Positions 27,891-40,899 of a stretch of 64,000 nucleotides of DNA are shown here, piece by piece. The stretch is from the NCBI GenBank assembly GCA_964016885.1, contig OZ024742.1, forward strand, positions 233,306,001 to 233,370,000, given 5' to 3'. The notes beneath the pieces were generated by a model. That model was given only the letters and a program-made list of their open reading frames with translations. It ran no database searches and was not told the origin of the DNA. The position numbers and the translations under genes were made by a program. Within the stretch, counting starts at the first letter, position 1. Each line of letters begins with the position of its first letter. The stretch is from Eledone cirrhosa. Its lineage: Eukaryota.

Positions 27891-28112
27891 AAACATGCAT
27901 TAAATAATAATATGAATGTGTAAGATGGTGAATCACTTAAACAATCACCGAATTTGGTGGGTTTTTTTAAAGGTGTGACTATGTTTTTTGTATTGGTATT
28001 TTAATGAACAGATTGATGAGTCGGTGCTTTTCAGAAATCAAAGTAAATAAGTTCATCACAATATACGATTAAATTATCCACAGATGTTGTTTAATGCAAT
28101 AACAATTAATTA

Positions 28113-28280
28113 CCGTATTTCCCGGCGCCGAAGACGCTTCGTCCTCGAGGACGTACCCTAATTTTGACAACCAAAAATTAGAAAAAAAATTATAAACAAC
28201 TTTCGGCCTCCGGGACGCATGGTAGATTTTTGAGACTTATTTTAGAGAAAAAGTAGCGTCTTCGACGCCGGGAAATACGG
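28113..28280. mobile_element. Tc1/mariner-type MITE (CCGTA termini)
   Basis: TIR CCGTATTTCCCGGCGCCGAAGACGCT / AGCGTCTTCGACGCCGGGAAATACGG with TA on both sides; solo right end at ~59068-59111. Confidence 0.9.
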
Positions 28281-29371
28281 TAATTGAATTCATCATCATC
28301 ATCATTATCATTGCGACCACAGTCGAATATTTCGGACAAAGTCTCTCCACCTGGCAACCGCTCACTACCGAGGTTTGTATCGTAATTGAATTAGTAGGCA
28401 ATACCTTATTTATTCAAATCAGTCCAACCAGTGTGTTAAAGTCCTTACATTTTGTACCTATAAATAGCTATACTCTATCATTGGTTAGGGAAGGTGAGCG
28501 TGCGACTTCTGGAGAGACCCCATCAAACTAGATCTTATCAATCTCACGTATCTGGATGTAGAAAACAGTCACATACATTTGTTTATATTTATCAAAAATA
28601 TCACAACATCGGTCATAAAATATATTACATTTACTTTAATACACATAAAATTATCCATAAAGAATGTACAATGCAATAACAATTAACTACTGCGCAGCAA
28701 AACATTATTTATGCAAATCAATCAAACATATGTAGTGAAGTCAGTACATTTAATGGCTATAAGATATTCTCTAAAAGTAGAAGAGGTGATTTCGTGACTT
28801 CTGAAGAAAAGCATAGTGCAAACCAATCTCCATGTTTATGTCTTTTGTTTAAATGTATTCCAAGTCCAACATACTTAACAAAATACACATCTTAAAGTAT
28901 CCACACTAGCTATTTATTTTAATAGCATTTAATTAATTGGATTAAGAGCCAGTGAACTATTGTTTATGCAAATCGGTCGAAAGGCTTCAGAAAGTCACTA
29001 TATTTAGAAGCTGTATATTTCTCGGTAGTTAGAGGAGATGCGAATTTTGATGAGGTCCCATCAATGAGTTCTTGTCTGTGGGTGAAAGATGGCGGTGAAG
29101 ATCGTTTTGACGTATCCACGTCGACCTGTATTTTTTAAACAGACTCAAAATGAAGTAGAAAAGATTATCATAGATTTGTAAATAGATAACGAATTAAGAA
29201 TAGTACGTAATAGAAACAGACATGAGATGGACAACATTAGGAAGAAACTCATTAGAATATTCAGCTAACTGAATCTCAAGATCCAGATAAGAACCAGACT
29301 AAAGATCGCCAACTACATGAATCTAAACACTGCCCATTTCACAAACCAAATAAGGATACCACCTACATAAG

Positions 29372-29514
29372 TAGGAAGGGCATCCAGTCGTAGAAAACAG
29401 CAAAGAAACACCCCATATGAGCGAGAGACGGTGATCCGACCCAACTTGCTTCTAAATGGGACCCGTCTAAGCCATGCTAGCGTGGAAGATGGACGTTAAT
29501 CGAGGATGATGATG
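29372..29514 (+). mobile_element. 5'-truncated SINE with RTE-type body and (GAT)n tail
   Basis: AGGAAGGGCATCCAGTCGTAGAAA...CCATGCTAGCGTGGAAGATGGACGTTAA..GATGATGATG. Confidence 0.65.
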
Positions 29515-30051
29515 GTTACTAAAATACAGCAATATGTCAGCGGACACATCTCTGCTATGTCCTTAGATAAGACTATATTTAACATGGACACACCCAGTGG
29601 CGGACTGCCCAGGTTACCAGGTTGCCCAATGGCAAGTGAGCACCAGGGGGCTCACGGTAGCATTGCAAGAGCCCACATTAGCATTGCAGGACCTACTGTA
29701 GTATTTTAGGGGCCAATGTTTTGCTTTCAAAAAATGCCTGAAATCTAAGAGAAAGAATAAAATAAAAAAAATAAATAAATAAAACAATTAAGCAAAGCAT
29801 ATGGTAAACCAATTCCCCAGGGAATTACTAGAAACGAAAATATATGATAGTACAAATAGCTGGAATCAGTGGTTGTACATTCTACTAAATCTAAAGCTTA
29901 GTGTATTCATTCATGCATACAAACATACATATATAGACAGACACACAAGCATATATATATTTATATACTTACACACTAATTGCTGACCAAATAATATTTG
30001 GTATCAATGCGTTAAAGACATCTGTCAAATCAATTAGTAGTGAAGGTGGTG

Positions 30052-31673
30052 TAGATAGATATATAGATATGTTTCTTTTATTTGCCACCAGGGCATCAAA
30101 AGTGGGACAAGTACAATGGGGGGAGTTTACAAAACAAGGCGTCCTCAATAAGGAGGAGGCAATAACAATATATAAAAATAAAATAAAATATAACAAAAAA
30201 TAAAATTTATAACAAAGTCCTCAATAGAGAGGAGGCGCCTTGGGGGGTCGCATAGATATATAGATAGATAGATAACTTTCTTTTTATATGCCACCAGGGC
30301 GTCAAAGAGTGGGACAAGTACAATACGGGGAATTTACATAAAAAGGCGTCCTCAATAAGGAGGAGGCAATAACAAAATATAAAAATATAAGATATAAAAT
30401 ATAACAAAAATAAATTGAATAACAAAATCCTCAATAGGGAGAAGGCGCCTTGGAGGGTCGCACACACCCCCGAAAAAGTGTGCAACCCTTCTCCTCAGGA
30501 GCACAGATAGAGAGGGTGCTCCCTTGATCTTTCATCTTTCTCACCTACAGTCTGATGTAGAGTGAAGGCCCATTCACACGGGCCATTCTCGCCACTTTCA
30601 CCCATCTTTCATAAAAACGTCTGGGGTGCAACACCTCTCTCTCCATCCTGATCCTTCTTCCGAAATGATATCGGAAGAAACGGACCAGTTGTTGGCCAGA
30701 GAAGATAGATAGATTTCTTTATTTACCACAAGGGCGCACAAGAAAAGGGGACAATACAAGGATACATGCCGGAGGATTTTACATACAATCGTATAAAAAT
30801 ATTTTTAAAACAAACAAATTCAACAATCGAAATCCCCAATAGGGGGGAGGCGTTACAAATGGGTTGTTTAATATCCCGTATATAGAACAACCTTCAACCA
30901 CAGGAGCATGTTGTACAAGTGCTCTTTTCTTCAACCTACAGGTTTATATACAGAGAAGGCCCAATCACTCGGCCCATTTTTGTTACATTCACCCATCTTT
31001 CAGTAAATTTACTGGGGTGCAGTGCCTCTCACTCCACTCTGATTCTCCTTCTAAAGTGGTATCTAGAGAAGGGAATGAGTTGTTGTCCGGAGAGAAAGGC
31101 ATCTGTTCTCAGTCCCCTCAATCTCGTCCACCATATAACCTCTTTTACCATAGCCACTATACAGAGGAAAACCGCCTCTCTTTCGTTTTTGAAAGAAGTT
31201 GGCGGTTTGATCCTTACTATGGACTCGGCAGTCAACTGGATTTGTCCCATACGCGACAGCAGTTGTTCTGCGTAGTTCCACAGGTCGGTTACGCCCGGGC
31301 AGTGTACAATTGCGTGCAGGACGGTTTCAATGTCCTGCTCGCATCTTGAACACGTCTTCTTGGAAGGATCTCTGCCGGGGCGTCCGTGCCTGTAGATATT
31401 GTCTCAAACTGGTAGAGCTCCTCGGTAGCACTACCAGGCCAGGGACCTTTGGAAGTTGTCCATAGGTCCCGGGCGGAAAGTCCTACCGAACAGACTGGTG
31501 AGATCGTCGTCTTCGACGCCCAGAGTCTCTCCGAGCACGTCGTCGCATTTGTAACGTACTAACCCTCTATAGAATGTCGAAGTGGAGTCTCCACTAGTTG
31601 CTGTGCCCGCTTGACTGTGAGCGCCTGAGCGCATTCAATGTTTCAGGCGCCCATTTTCTTCGATAGGTAGATA
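30052..31673 (-). mobile_element. Three stacked 5'-truncated Tx1 3' ends separated by (GATA)n
   Basis: Units ~30071-30252, ~30275-30703 and ~30714-31661, each ending AATAAA-like+AGAAA then TATC repeats on the minus strand; ORFs 31029-31250 and 31431-31634 closely resemble the Tx1 ORF2 C-terminus at 7472-8446. Confidence 0.85.
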
Positions 31674-31729
31674 TACACACACACGCGTCCCCCCCCCCCC
31701 CCACATACATATATACACTTGTTTCGTAA

Positions 31730-32043
31730 ATTTTGAAAGTAGGTTTATAAGTATGATTTTCATTAAGTTTTCGAAGATGTCTCTGTGGCCTAGCTGTAAG
31801 TACTAGAAACGGTGGAGATTCTGGACTTGGGTTCAATCCTGGTCGAGAGGTACATGTAACCTTTTTCAGTTTTTATTTTACAACCAACAGAAAAAAACTG
31901 AAAAGGTTTACCGGGAACCCTACTCCCGACCAGGATCGAACTTCAGACCAGGACCACCACCGTCTATGATACCTCCAGCTAGGCCACCGAGACATCTACG
32001 AAAGTAAAATGAAAATTGATAATTATAAACCTACTTTCAAAAT
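31730..32043. other. Imperfect ~314 bp palindrome of two convergent tRNA-like units
   Basis: 21 bp perfect outer arms ATTTTGAAAGTAGGTTTATAA; each arm has A-box TGGCCTAGCTG(G), B-box GTTCRATCC and a downstream T-run. Confidence 0.75.
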
Positions 32044-33699
32044 CAAAGTTAAAAAGATGTGGTGTAGTTCATGGCTTTTCTAGAGGTATTAGTAATATTT
32101 AGGGTCGACTTCTGGTCATTATTGAAAGTCTCTGGATTTCGCAAAATACATTTTTTTTTATTGGAGAAGGTAAGATATTTTTCCGCAAAATTTGATTGCA
32201 CTGTTTTGTTTCCACTTATGTATTTTTCGAAAATGTTATTTATTCATTATAAAAATTAAATGATAGCATTCTATATGTAGGTGGGCCCCCTTTCATCTCC
32301 TGGCAACCAATATTTTTAGACCCAGTCCGCCACTGGCCACACCATATTAACATACTGTGATAGAGGAATGCGACTTCAAAGAAAAACAGTCATATATAGC
32401 CAACCTCACTAAAACTATTAGACGTAGATTTAGTAAACGGCAATCGTTTATTCCACCTTTCCACCTTTCAGCAATAGCGAAACTATTAGTATAGCTAGAC
32501 ATATCTTAGTTCCAATAAATATCAATTTCTTTACATATAAATACCACATGGTCTTTAATCGAAAGACGGTCCAAAGATAAAAACTATTTAGTCACAACGT
32601 CTTACATCTTCAAGTACCACCAACTATCCTCTTGACAAAGATAAGGAACTGGTGTTGACTGGGTACTGAAAACATTTATCAGCCTCACCGGAACCACCTT
32701 CAAGACTCCATACATGTAGTACATTACCTCGTTCCCTCTTAGATAAAAACGTAATTTTGCCTCCTTTTAAAAATTTCTTGGTAGTCTGAAGGGTCATGGT
32801 TTGAGGAATCGGCATATCGAATGAAATACCACAAGAGCAAACAATTATAATAGCTGGGGTGCTCGACGCAGAAAGAAAAAACTGAAGAAATTAACTTTGC
32901 GTGTAAGCAGCCTCAATAAAGTAGAGGAAATATTTTTTCCTTGTCTGCGCATCAAATTATTCCCACTACAGGCTTTCATGCACATTCCCGTCTCAAACGA
33001 ACACCAAATTTAACCCACTCAAATCTCTTACTTCACCTTTCACTTTTCCCCATCACCATAGCCAAGAAATCTATCACACATTACTACCACCATCACTTTA
33101 TCCTTCTTATTAACAAACCTCGCCCATCTCATACCTTGACAATCCTGCTGGAGAGTGACATCAAATGTGTATCCCTTGCTCCAGTACTTGGCCGCTACTG
33201 GCACAACTAATGCAGGAGAAGCAACAAGCTATTTCCACCAGAAAAGCATAATAGTAGGCTGTAATGGATTAATCCTAATTCAATTTACCACAGCGAGAAT
33301 AAGAAGAGGCCTTCACCACTGCAGTCATAGACTTTTGTGGATCAATCCTGAATTTGATTTTCTGAAACCTTGGTAAAAGCTCAAAAGGATTGCAAAAAGG
33401 TTGGTTGTATTAAGGCGGACATTTACATTATTACATCATGACTACATACGCGCTACATACAACCACATCAGCATCATTTATTACTGCCGAAAACTGAAGG
33501 CAGCCCCCAGGAATACGCAAAGAAAAACCGAATAATAAATGATTGTCAAAATCTGCCCTAGGCTAAATACAACCCTCAGCCGATAAAGATGTAAAAAACA
33601 AAACAAAAAAGAAAACAATAAAACAAAAAGAAACAGCAACAAACAAACAAAAAAACATACTGCCACGTTGTTTGACAGCACGCAGAACCGAACAATAAA

Positions 33700-34690
33700 T
33701 ATTCTAGTCACCCAAAGGCTGAATATGAATAAATATTGACCTTATACAGATAGGAAAATATTATTATAAAATATATATTAAACCAAAAACCTACAATTTT
33801 AATAATATTTATTATGAAGACAGTTACAATATTGATGTCTATTAACTTATTTTGTGTTACATTTAGCCCTGTTTAATGTGCTTATAATATTCTTTTAAAA
33901 TGTTTCCTTCGTTTGTCTTTTATTCTCTAGGTCACGAATTCCTGAGTATTTGTATGTCTGTGTCTCATCTAACTACTTTATTCCCATTTCTTCATCTAAC
34001 ATGATATTAGTGACTTTTAATTTTCTTCACTTTTGTATTGCCACAATTTCGAGCTTGTCTTTCATACTAATTCGTTTAGTAAATCCTTGAACTGTCAGTA
34101 CCATTGTTTCCAGATATTCATGATATACAGGCTACAACAAAATACTGACTTCAACAAAAGTTGAACATTGGTTGATTGTCTTCTCATAACATTTGTATCT
34201 GAGTACAGCTCTGTTTAAAATGTTGATTTAAGTATCAATGTCTAACAGAAAAATAGTAGAGAGTGGAGTGCTCTTGGAATGTCTTTTCTAATAAAAAAAA
34301 TAGGACTGGTTTTTATTTTTTAATTCCTTCTATTATTTGTATTTGCAGAGTGATTCCAACATATTGATAACTGATTTGAAATATAAGCTTATCGTTATAT
34401 ATTATTAAAGTTTCTAGAATACACTTATGAGGAACACTGTGAAAAGTGAATCGATGTTAGATACAAACTCTTCTTTTTTCTTCAACAGTTATGGGTTCGT
34501 TGATCAGTAGTTGAACTTTTCAACCATATGATCCTTTCTAACATGCATTCACATTGCTAAAACATTAACAAGCATCCAAACCAGTAGTTTGGTCTTCTGA
34601 TAAAGATAAACCTGGCTCTCTAACATTTGATGGTGTGTAGTATTTTGTTCCTGCAATAATGTCTTAGAAGGGGCTCGTAGTCGCTTATAT
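33700..34690 (-). mobile_element. Highly degenerate retroelement remnant, possibly PLE
   Basis: Only faint motif echoes such as KDIPRALHS; no intact ORF. Confidence 0.25.
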
Positions 34691-34755
34691 GTGACTAAAT
34701 GTGGACTTAAGTGGTCTAATATAGAGAGGGACATGCTTCTTTGTGGAGTTTTCAT

Positions 34756-34826
<71 letters not shown>

Positions 34827-34827
34827 G

Positions 34828-34893
<66 letters not shown>

Positions 34894-35329
34894 AATTTTA
34901 GTACAGCATTAACGAAGCTTTAGTTCGCGGCCAAGCTAACGAATGCAAATTCGGTATATAGCTTTAGCACTCGGATGGGGAAAGGTACCCCAGAGTAATA
35001 ACAATACGTTTAGACAGCTTAGCAAATCAAGTATAGCGATCGGCAGTCCAGCCGCATCACTAGAGCAACGAAAGTACAGGACTCAGGAAAAGATATATAT
35101 AGGAGGAAGTTGTAGTTTACTTGAAGCATTGCGTAATGAGCTATAAACGTTTGGAGTTGGAAGACAATGCAGGTATGGATATAGAATATAAATGCAAATG
35201 CAAAAGATATTGTTGACAATTAGTCTTTTACCTTAAATTTATTTAAATATCCTTAATTTTCGAGATATCTCTTCTTCGGAGGGAAGTAAAGGGGTTAATC
35301 CAGTGTTCTAATTAGCTTGCCAAGTCATG

Positions 35330-36235
35330 CTGACAGTAAATGGTATAGAGATTCCATTCTATCTCTAATGTCAAAGAGTGAAGGTTAGGTTATCCACCTA
35401 ATGCCCAGTGCCCATAGTGTCGGTAATAATTCGGGGAAGTAGGGGCTCTACATGAAGTGACTCTCTAATCTCCGAGGTACACATACTATCGAGTAACATT
35501 GCTGAAAAGATCATTCGGAGGGACCCCATTTTGGCCGCTTGTAATCGCGTTCGTACTTTTCGGTCATTACCCAAGATTCATCAGTATAGGTAAGTGTTGT
35601 CACGAATACCGATTTGAAGATAACGAGTTTGCTGAAGCTGGTTCATTACTACACCAGCTCCTGCAACTCTTGCACTTTATTCAGCCTTCCATCATTCGTG
35701 AACACGGCTCCCAGATACTTGAACTTCCCCACATATTTCAGTTGAACTCCATTCACATTCCTTAAGAAGATGAGTGTCTCAGTGTTTGCAGCACTGATTT
35801 TACTTCCAGCCATGCAGCACTCGGCATCAAACCTATCAAGTACAAGTCGGAGATCATCTGTCGAGTTAAGTAACATTAAGTCGTCTGCAAATACCAACCG
35901 ACTGATTTTACACATGCCACTCGTGACAGCACTTCCAACACGGTTGCGCATGTCAATTTTTTTTATATGAAAACAAAGAACAGAAGAGGCGACAGTATGC
36001 ACCCTTGGCGGAGTCTGACTGCCACATTGAATGGTTTTGATTTAGCACTATTTATCCGAACACAAATACTACGGCATTCGTTTAGAGACATCAGGGCAAC
36101 AAGAAGTTGACAATCGATCCCATACTCCTGCAGAACCTTCCACAGCAGGTCCTGAAGAACGCGGTCATAAACCTTTTCGAGGTCTACAAAAAAAGTATAT
36201 ACCTTTTGACAATACTCCCACGATTTCTCGAAGAC
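35330..36235 (-). mobile_element. Degenerate RTE (Rex3/Expander-like) RT fragment
   Basis: FVDLEKVYDRV, LRQGCILSP, LVFADDLMLL, FKYLG. Confidence 0.8.
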
Positions 36236-36239
36236 CTGC

Positions 36240-37803
36240 CGCTATGTGCAGAACAGTTGCCTACAAACAGCAATATTTTCCGTTTTGTCTTCCTCATTTT
36301 ATTGTCCAGTTCAACCAAGTAGTAAATAATTCTCTTGTCATCCAAGCATTTTTGTTGGCATCATATTTAACTGGAAGATACTTTACGTTTTTGAAGCATC
36401 TTGGGTTTTTTCATCGTCCAATAACAAAAGGAGGAAATATCTCAGTTCCCGTTACGTTGCAACAAACAAGAACTGTTAAGCATTGTTTTGACTTCCTTCC
36501 TCCTTTGCAGGATCTCCTTTGGCTGCTAGAGTGTGATGAGGCAACAACTGATATCAAATACCTGTCTCATCTGCATTAAATATGTCTTCTTTGCTGTAAG
36601 AAGAAATAATATTTTTTTATTTCCCTTTCTTTCCACTCAATCATCTTTTCTACTGGAACATCAGCTCCTTCACCACAGATGATTTAGGCTGTTATCCCGA
36701 ATTGATGACGAAATCGATTCAGCCATCCGACACTGGCCTGAACATCGGAGAGACCCAAAAGTTTGGCCATATCCAAGGCTTTCTCTTGAATGAGTTGACC
36801 ACTAATTGGTATATTTCGTTCTCTTTGGTTTGTAATTTACACAAAACCTGCTTCGTCAATATCTTCGAACATCGCAGCCCTTAGGCGTTTTCGTTGTGGA
36901 CGAAAATTTGTCTCCTTAGATTTTTCTTTAACTTTAGACTGACTCTTAACGATCGTGGACAATGTCGACGGATTACTGTTAAACTGTAACACGATATCTT
37001 TCTTTTCTCAGAATCAACAGCTTTCAGAATTTCCAACTTTTCATGTAACAAAAACGTCGCCTTTTTTTCGCTTTGTTTTCCATAATTTATATAAAACCAC
37101 AGTAATAAATGGCTAACCTTTACTTTTGGGTCCAAAATAGTAATTTCGTAAAACCGAAACAAAACAATGCAATTTACTTTGTTCTTTGTGTGTGCAAAAG
37201 TTTCCGAATTTGAATTAGTAAGAATTCTTTTTTCAAATAGATTATACTGAATGTATGACTTTACTGACTTATAGCAAAAATGTATTTTAGTTTAGAAAAT
37301 GTGATAAGAATGTGAGAACAATGCAGACAGTACATTAAATAAAAAATAATAACAACAAAGATATTGAAATGTTACCGTAGGAATACAGTACTTTGTTAGT
37401 CCTGATATTACGGTTTAAGAACTGAGGCGTCTAAGAACAAGAAAGGGAGAAAAACGTTTGTGAATCACGTGTCTATTGTGTTTGAATATCGATATTCGAA
37501 TAATCACGCGTGTACCAGTAGAAATAACACGTGTGTGCAAAAACAAAAAAAAAAAAGTATACTACGTAGAGAATTTGAAGCAGCATTTTGGGGTTCAAAT
37601 TGGATGACAATTTTTATTTTGTTGTAGCGAGAAATTTTGACTGCTTGGGGTTCAATTTAGTTCGTTGTACTGAAATATTCTTTGTAATGAATTTCGTTAT
37701 AACGTGATTCTTTTATCGTTGTTTTAATAAGCCTGTGACCGGAGATTGGAAACAATTCCGTTATACTGAAAAATTCGTTACAATTCGTTATAACGCAATT
37801 TTA

Positions 37804-37806
<3 letters not shown>
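36240..37806 (-). mobile_element. pogo/Tigger DNA transposon, 5' part with decayed transposase
   Basis: EKLEILKAVDS..STLSTIVK (HTH-psq), ASVGWLNRFRH (CENP-B HTH), NADETG, TVLVCCNVTG, PRCFKN, YDANKNAWMT (DDE_1); subterminal CGTTATAACG motifs next to (TA)n. Confidence 0.8.
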
Positions 37807-37881
<75 letters not shown>

Positions 37882-38959
37882 AAAAATAAACGAAAAACAA
37901 CACAGCTAACGATACACTCCAATGAAGGCGCATATTAGTGTAAAGCTTAATATAGTAGGCAGTCCTTCGTTATTAGGGTCGGCTCGAAAAGCCCAAACTC
38001 TATTCTTTCCAGCACCGTTGTGAGAGCTACATCAGTTGTACGATGAACAAAAATATTTCAGCAGCATTGCCCTATGAGGAAGATATCAACTTTTAAATAT
38101 CACCTAAAGCATGAACGCTCGTGCCATTCATCGCCTCAGAAATAGTACTCCCATCACATAACATTAAGACACAACTATTTCACCCAACTGCTCCTGTAGT
38201 TTCCGCATCCTATCGAAACCAATCAATGAAGAAGAATACCCCATAAACTTTAAACCAGAAGTTCTCAAATAGAGCGCTACCACGCTCGGCGGGGTGGGCA
38301 TTGAGAAGGTCCAGGGGAACGCTGGAGCCTAATGGGGCAATGGGGAGTGGTAGAGATGATATACTAGTATAGGATAAAGGATAAAGATCCCATAAAAGAT
38401 AAAGATCCCATATTCCTTGTGGAGTCGTAGAGGCATAGTAATACGGTGTGTCCAGGGCACTTTTAAACCTGGCGGAGCCCAATCCCTGGTCTGAACACAG
38501 CCAATTGTTTTCTATAGAGGTACTTTTTTATCGACCACGAAAGGATGAAAGGCAAGATTTGAACTCAGAGCGCACAATGAGGTGGGACGAATACAGTAAA
38601 GCATTCTATCCGACGTCTTAACGACTCAGCTAATTCACCGCCATATATAATAGTATATTAAATATCAAATGAAACATATTATATATAAATATAATAAAAT
38701 AAAAAATATATATCTATTTATACATAGTATATATTATATCATTTATTGTATATCAATTAACGATTTTATTTATTACATATTATTTCCAATATGCGTGTAG
38801 ACAGGTCTCTCTGGAAATAGGGGTGGAGGGCGCTGAGGGAATTACGTGGTCATGAGGGGGGGGGGGGGGGGGGGGGCAGTGGCCCGAAAAGTTTGAGAAC
38901 CTTTGCTTTAAACAGTCCCATGACAAATACCAGATACATCATCTACACTCCGATATATT

Positions 38960-40086
38960 TTGATTAACAATAACACCCTTCTCGAGTGGGCTATGGTGTC
39001 CAAAGTATTAATTATGGCTTAAAATATTTCGCCAAAATATATCTGTCCAACGATTCTTTCATGAGGCATTCTAACCACATGCCTGTACTATCAGAGCTGT
39101 TATCTCTCAATTCGAAGAAGTAACGGCTCTACCAGGAGTGATTCTCTGTTCTTTGAGCTATGTTTCCAGTAACGTTACTCCAAAGACCCTTCGGAGGAAC
39201 TCTATTTCGGGCGCTTGTATTCGCGATCGTATTCTTTCGGTGATTACCCAAGATTCATGACCATATGTAAGGGTTGGCAGGAGTACCGGCGAGAAGATAG
39301 CGACTTTGACTTTTATACCAACTTCCCTTCTTGTTGAAGCTGGCGTATTACTGCAATTTTTGCATTTAATTCATCCTCCTGCTGCCCATCACTCGTGAAT
39401 ACGGCCCCGAGATATTTGAACTTCTCAACCTACTTCAGTGGAACTCCACTCACATGTAGAGTGCACTGCGCAGGTTTCCTTAAGAGGACGACTTTCTCAG
39501 TTACCACAGCACGGATTTTCATTCCTGCTATGCAGCACTCGGCATCAAACCTATCAAGTGTATATCGTAAAATCCCTTTTGGACGAGTTGAGTAATACCA
39601 TATCAAGGGCCGGATATAATGGGGCGCAAAGAGACAAATCCCCCCTCCCCCAATGACGGCCGTAGCGATTTATTTGTGTCCTCTGTTGGGCTTTTTAGTT
39701 TTAGGATGGTTAGAATTTTTTAATACCTTCATCTATAACTTTTCAATTCCAACTATTTGCGCCAAGCTAACTTTGATATGTAAAATTGGGGTGTTTGCTG
39801 AGTATTCCAATCTTTTTTTTTTTTTTTTGTATGAGGGCCTCCCAAACCTGAAGTGCCCGGACCACTCAAGGCCTAAATCAAACCCTGACTATGTAGTCTG
39901 ATCCCCCATCCACCAGTTGTGATACCACTTCTAGCTCGGCAGCGTATGTCAATCCTGTTCATAAAGATTATGAACAGGAAAGATGACAGTACGCACCCTT
40001 GACGGAGCCAAAATCCCACATTGAATGTTTCCAATTTAGCACTATTTATCCGAACACAAATATTAGGGTATTCGTATAAAGACATT
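38960..40086 (-). mobile_element. Degenerate RTE RT fragment, same family as 35330-36235, interrupted by a hAT
   Basis: VRINSAKLETFNVG, LRQGCVLS, VEKFKYLGAVF; shared nucleotide blocks such as GCAGCACTCGGCATCAAACCTATCAAG. Confidence 0.8.
39605..39887. mobile_element. Degenerate non-autonomous hAT
   Basis: Ends AAGGGCCGGATATA / TAAATCAAACCCTG; decayed 8 bp TSD ACCATATC / ACTATGTA inside the RTE ADDMVL codons. Confidence 0.55.
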
Positions 40087-40421
40087 ATAGGCGGCGAATT
40101 AGCAGGGTCATTAGAACACCGGATAGAATGCTTTGCGGTATTCGTTTTGGATTTCTGCTCTCCTTGGGTTCAAATCCCTATCTAGGTTAACTTTGCTTTT
40201 CATCCATTTGAGATCGATAAAAAAGTATCAACCTAGTACTGGAGTCGATTCTTCCCTAATATCTCTTTCTCACTTCCATTCTCTCAAACTCTATCCTTCT
40301 CTGGAAGAAATTTACTGTATTCAGACATAGAGAGGAGATGGGCTCAGCCAGGTTTAAAAATCACCTAGAAACGCCCATACATACATACATACATACATAC
40401 ATACATACATACATACATACA

Positions 40422-40747
40422 TGATGGCTGACCCCTCGTTATCGAGTATGGACATTGCACAATATAACATTATCAATTATTATTAATTAATGCTATCATG
40501 CAATGCCTGTGCGTGAAGATTTATTTTTAAGCGAGGAAAGACTGTGCACTGAGCCAATCCCACTCTCTGAGCGACACCAGCTATAACCCGAAAAGAAGAA
40601 AAGATCAACATCATCGGTAACTACTGAGCTGCAGGTTTTATGTCAAAGTTATCCCAGTTTCCTGAGTTGCCTTCTCCTAGAAGAATGTCCTGACAAAGGC
40701 TAGGGGTCCTTCACTCCCAATGGTTTAACCGTGCGATCGGGTATCCA

Positions 40748-40812
<65 letters not shown>

Positions 40813-40899
40813 TACATATGTACATATTTTTGGATGGCCGTTGACTCTTATGAGTTCCCCCGCCCTTTGTCAGGTTTTGTTTTATGTCCTCCTCACCAT
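40422..40899 (-). mobile_element. Related bipartite RTE derivative (different 3' end), split by (TA)n
   Basis: Shares GCAATGCCTGTGC, CCCACTCTC, TCAACATCAT, CCTTCTCCTAGAA, GACAAAGGCTA and TTTTGGATGGCC..TTGACTCTTA with 20922-21531; (CATA)n flanks. Confidence 0.7.

Larger units (their letters stand above)
29595..32335. mobile_element. Non-autonomous hAT transposon with nested cargo
   Basis: 13 bp TIR CAGTGGCGGACTG / CAGTCCGCCACTG; 8 bp TSD GACACACC / GCCACACC; host PLE sequence resumes across it. Confidence 0.85.
28790..32600 (+). mobile_element. Old Penelope-like element fragment split by nested insertions (28790-29594 and 32344-32600)
   Basis: WVKDGGEDRFDV, DNIRKKLIRIF, HKPNKDTTYIS, ISAMSLDKTIFNMDTP|Y, PPFSN, KYHMVFNRKTV match PLE RT/linker motifs in order. 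Confidence 0.65.

Noticed and set aside
31779-31850. Functional tRNA gene
   Set aside because: T-arm and anticodon arm pair poorly; treated as tRNA-derived.
32600-33450. Possible decayed LINE pieces (QGFRK-like, LHVWS-like)
   Set aside because: Isolated short motifs without colinear support.
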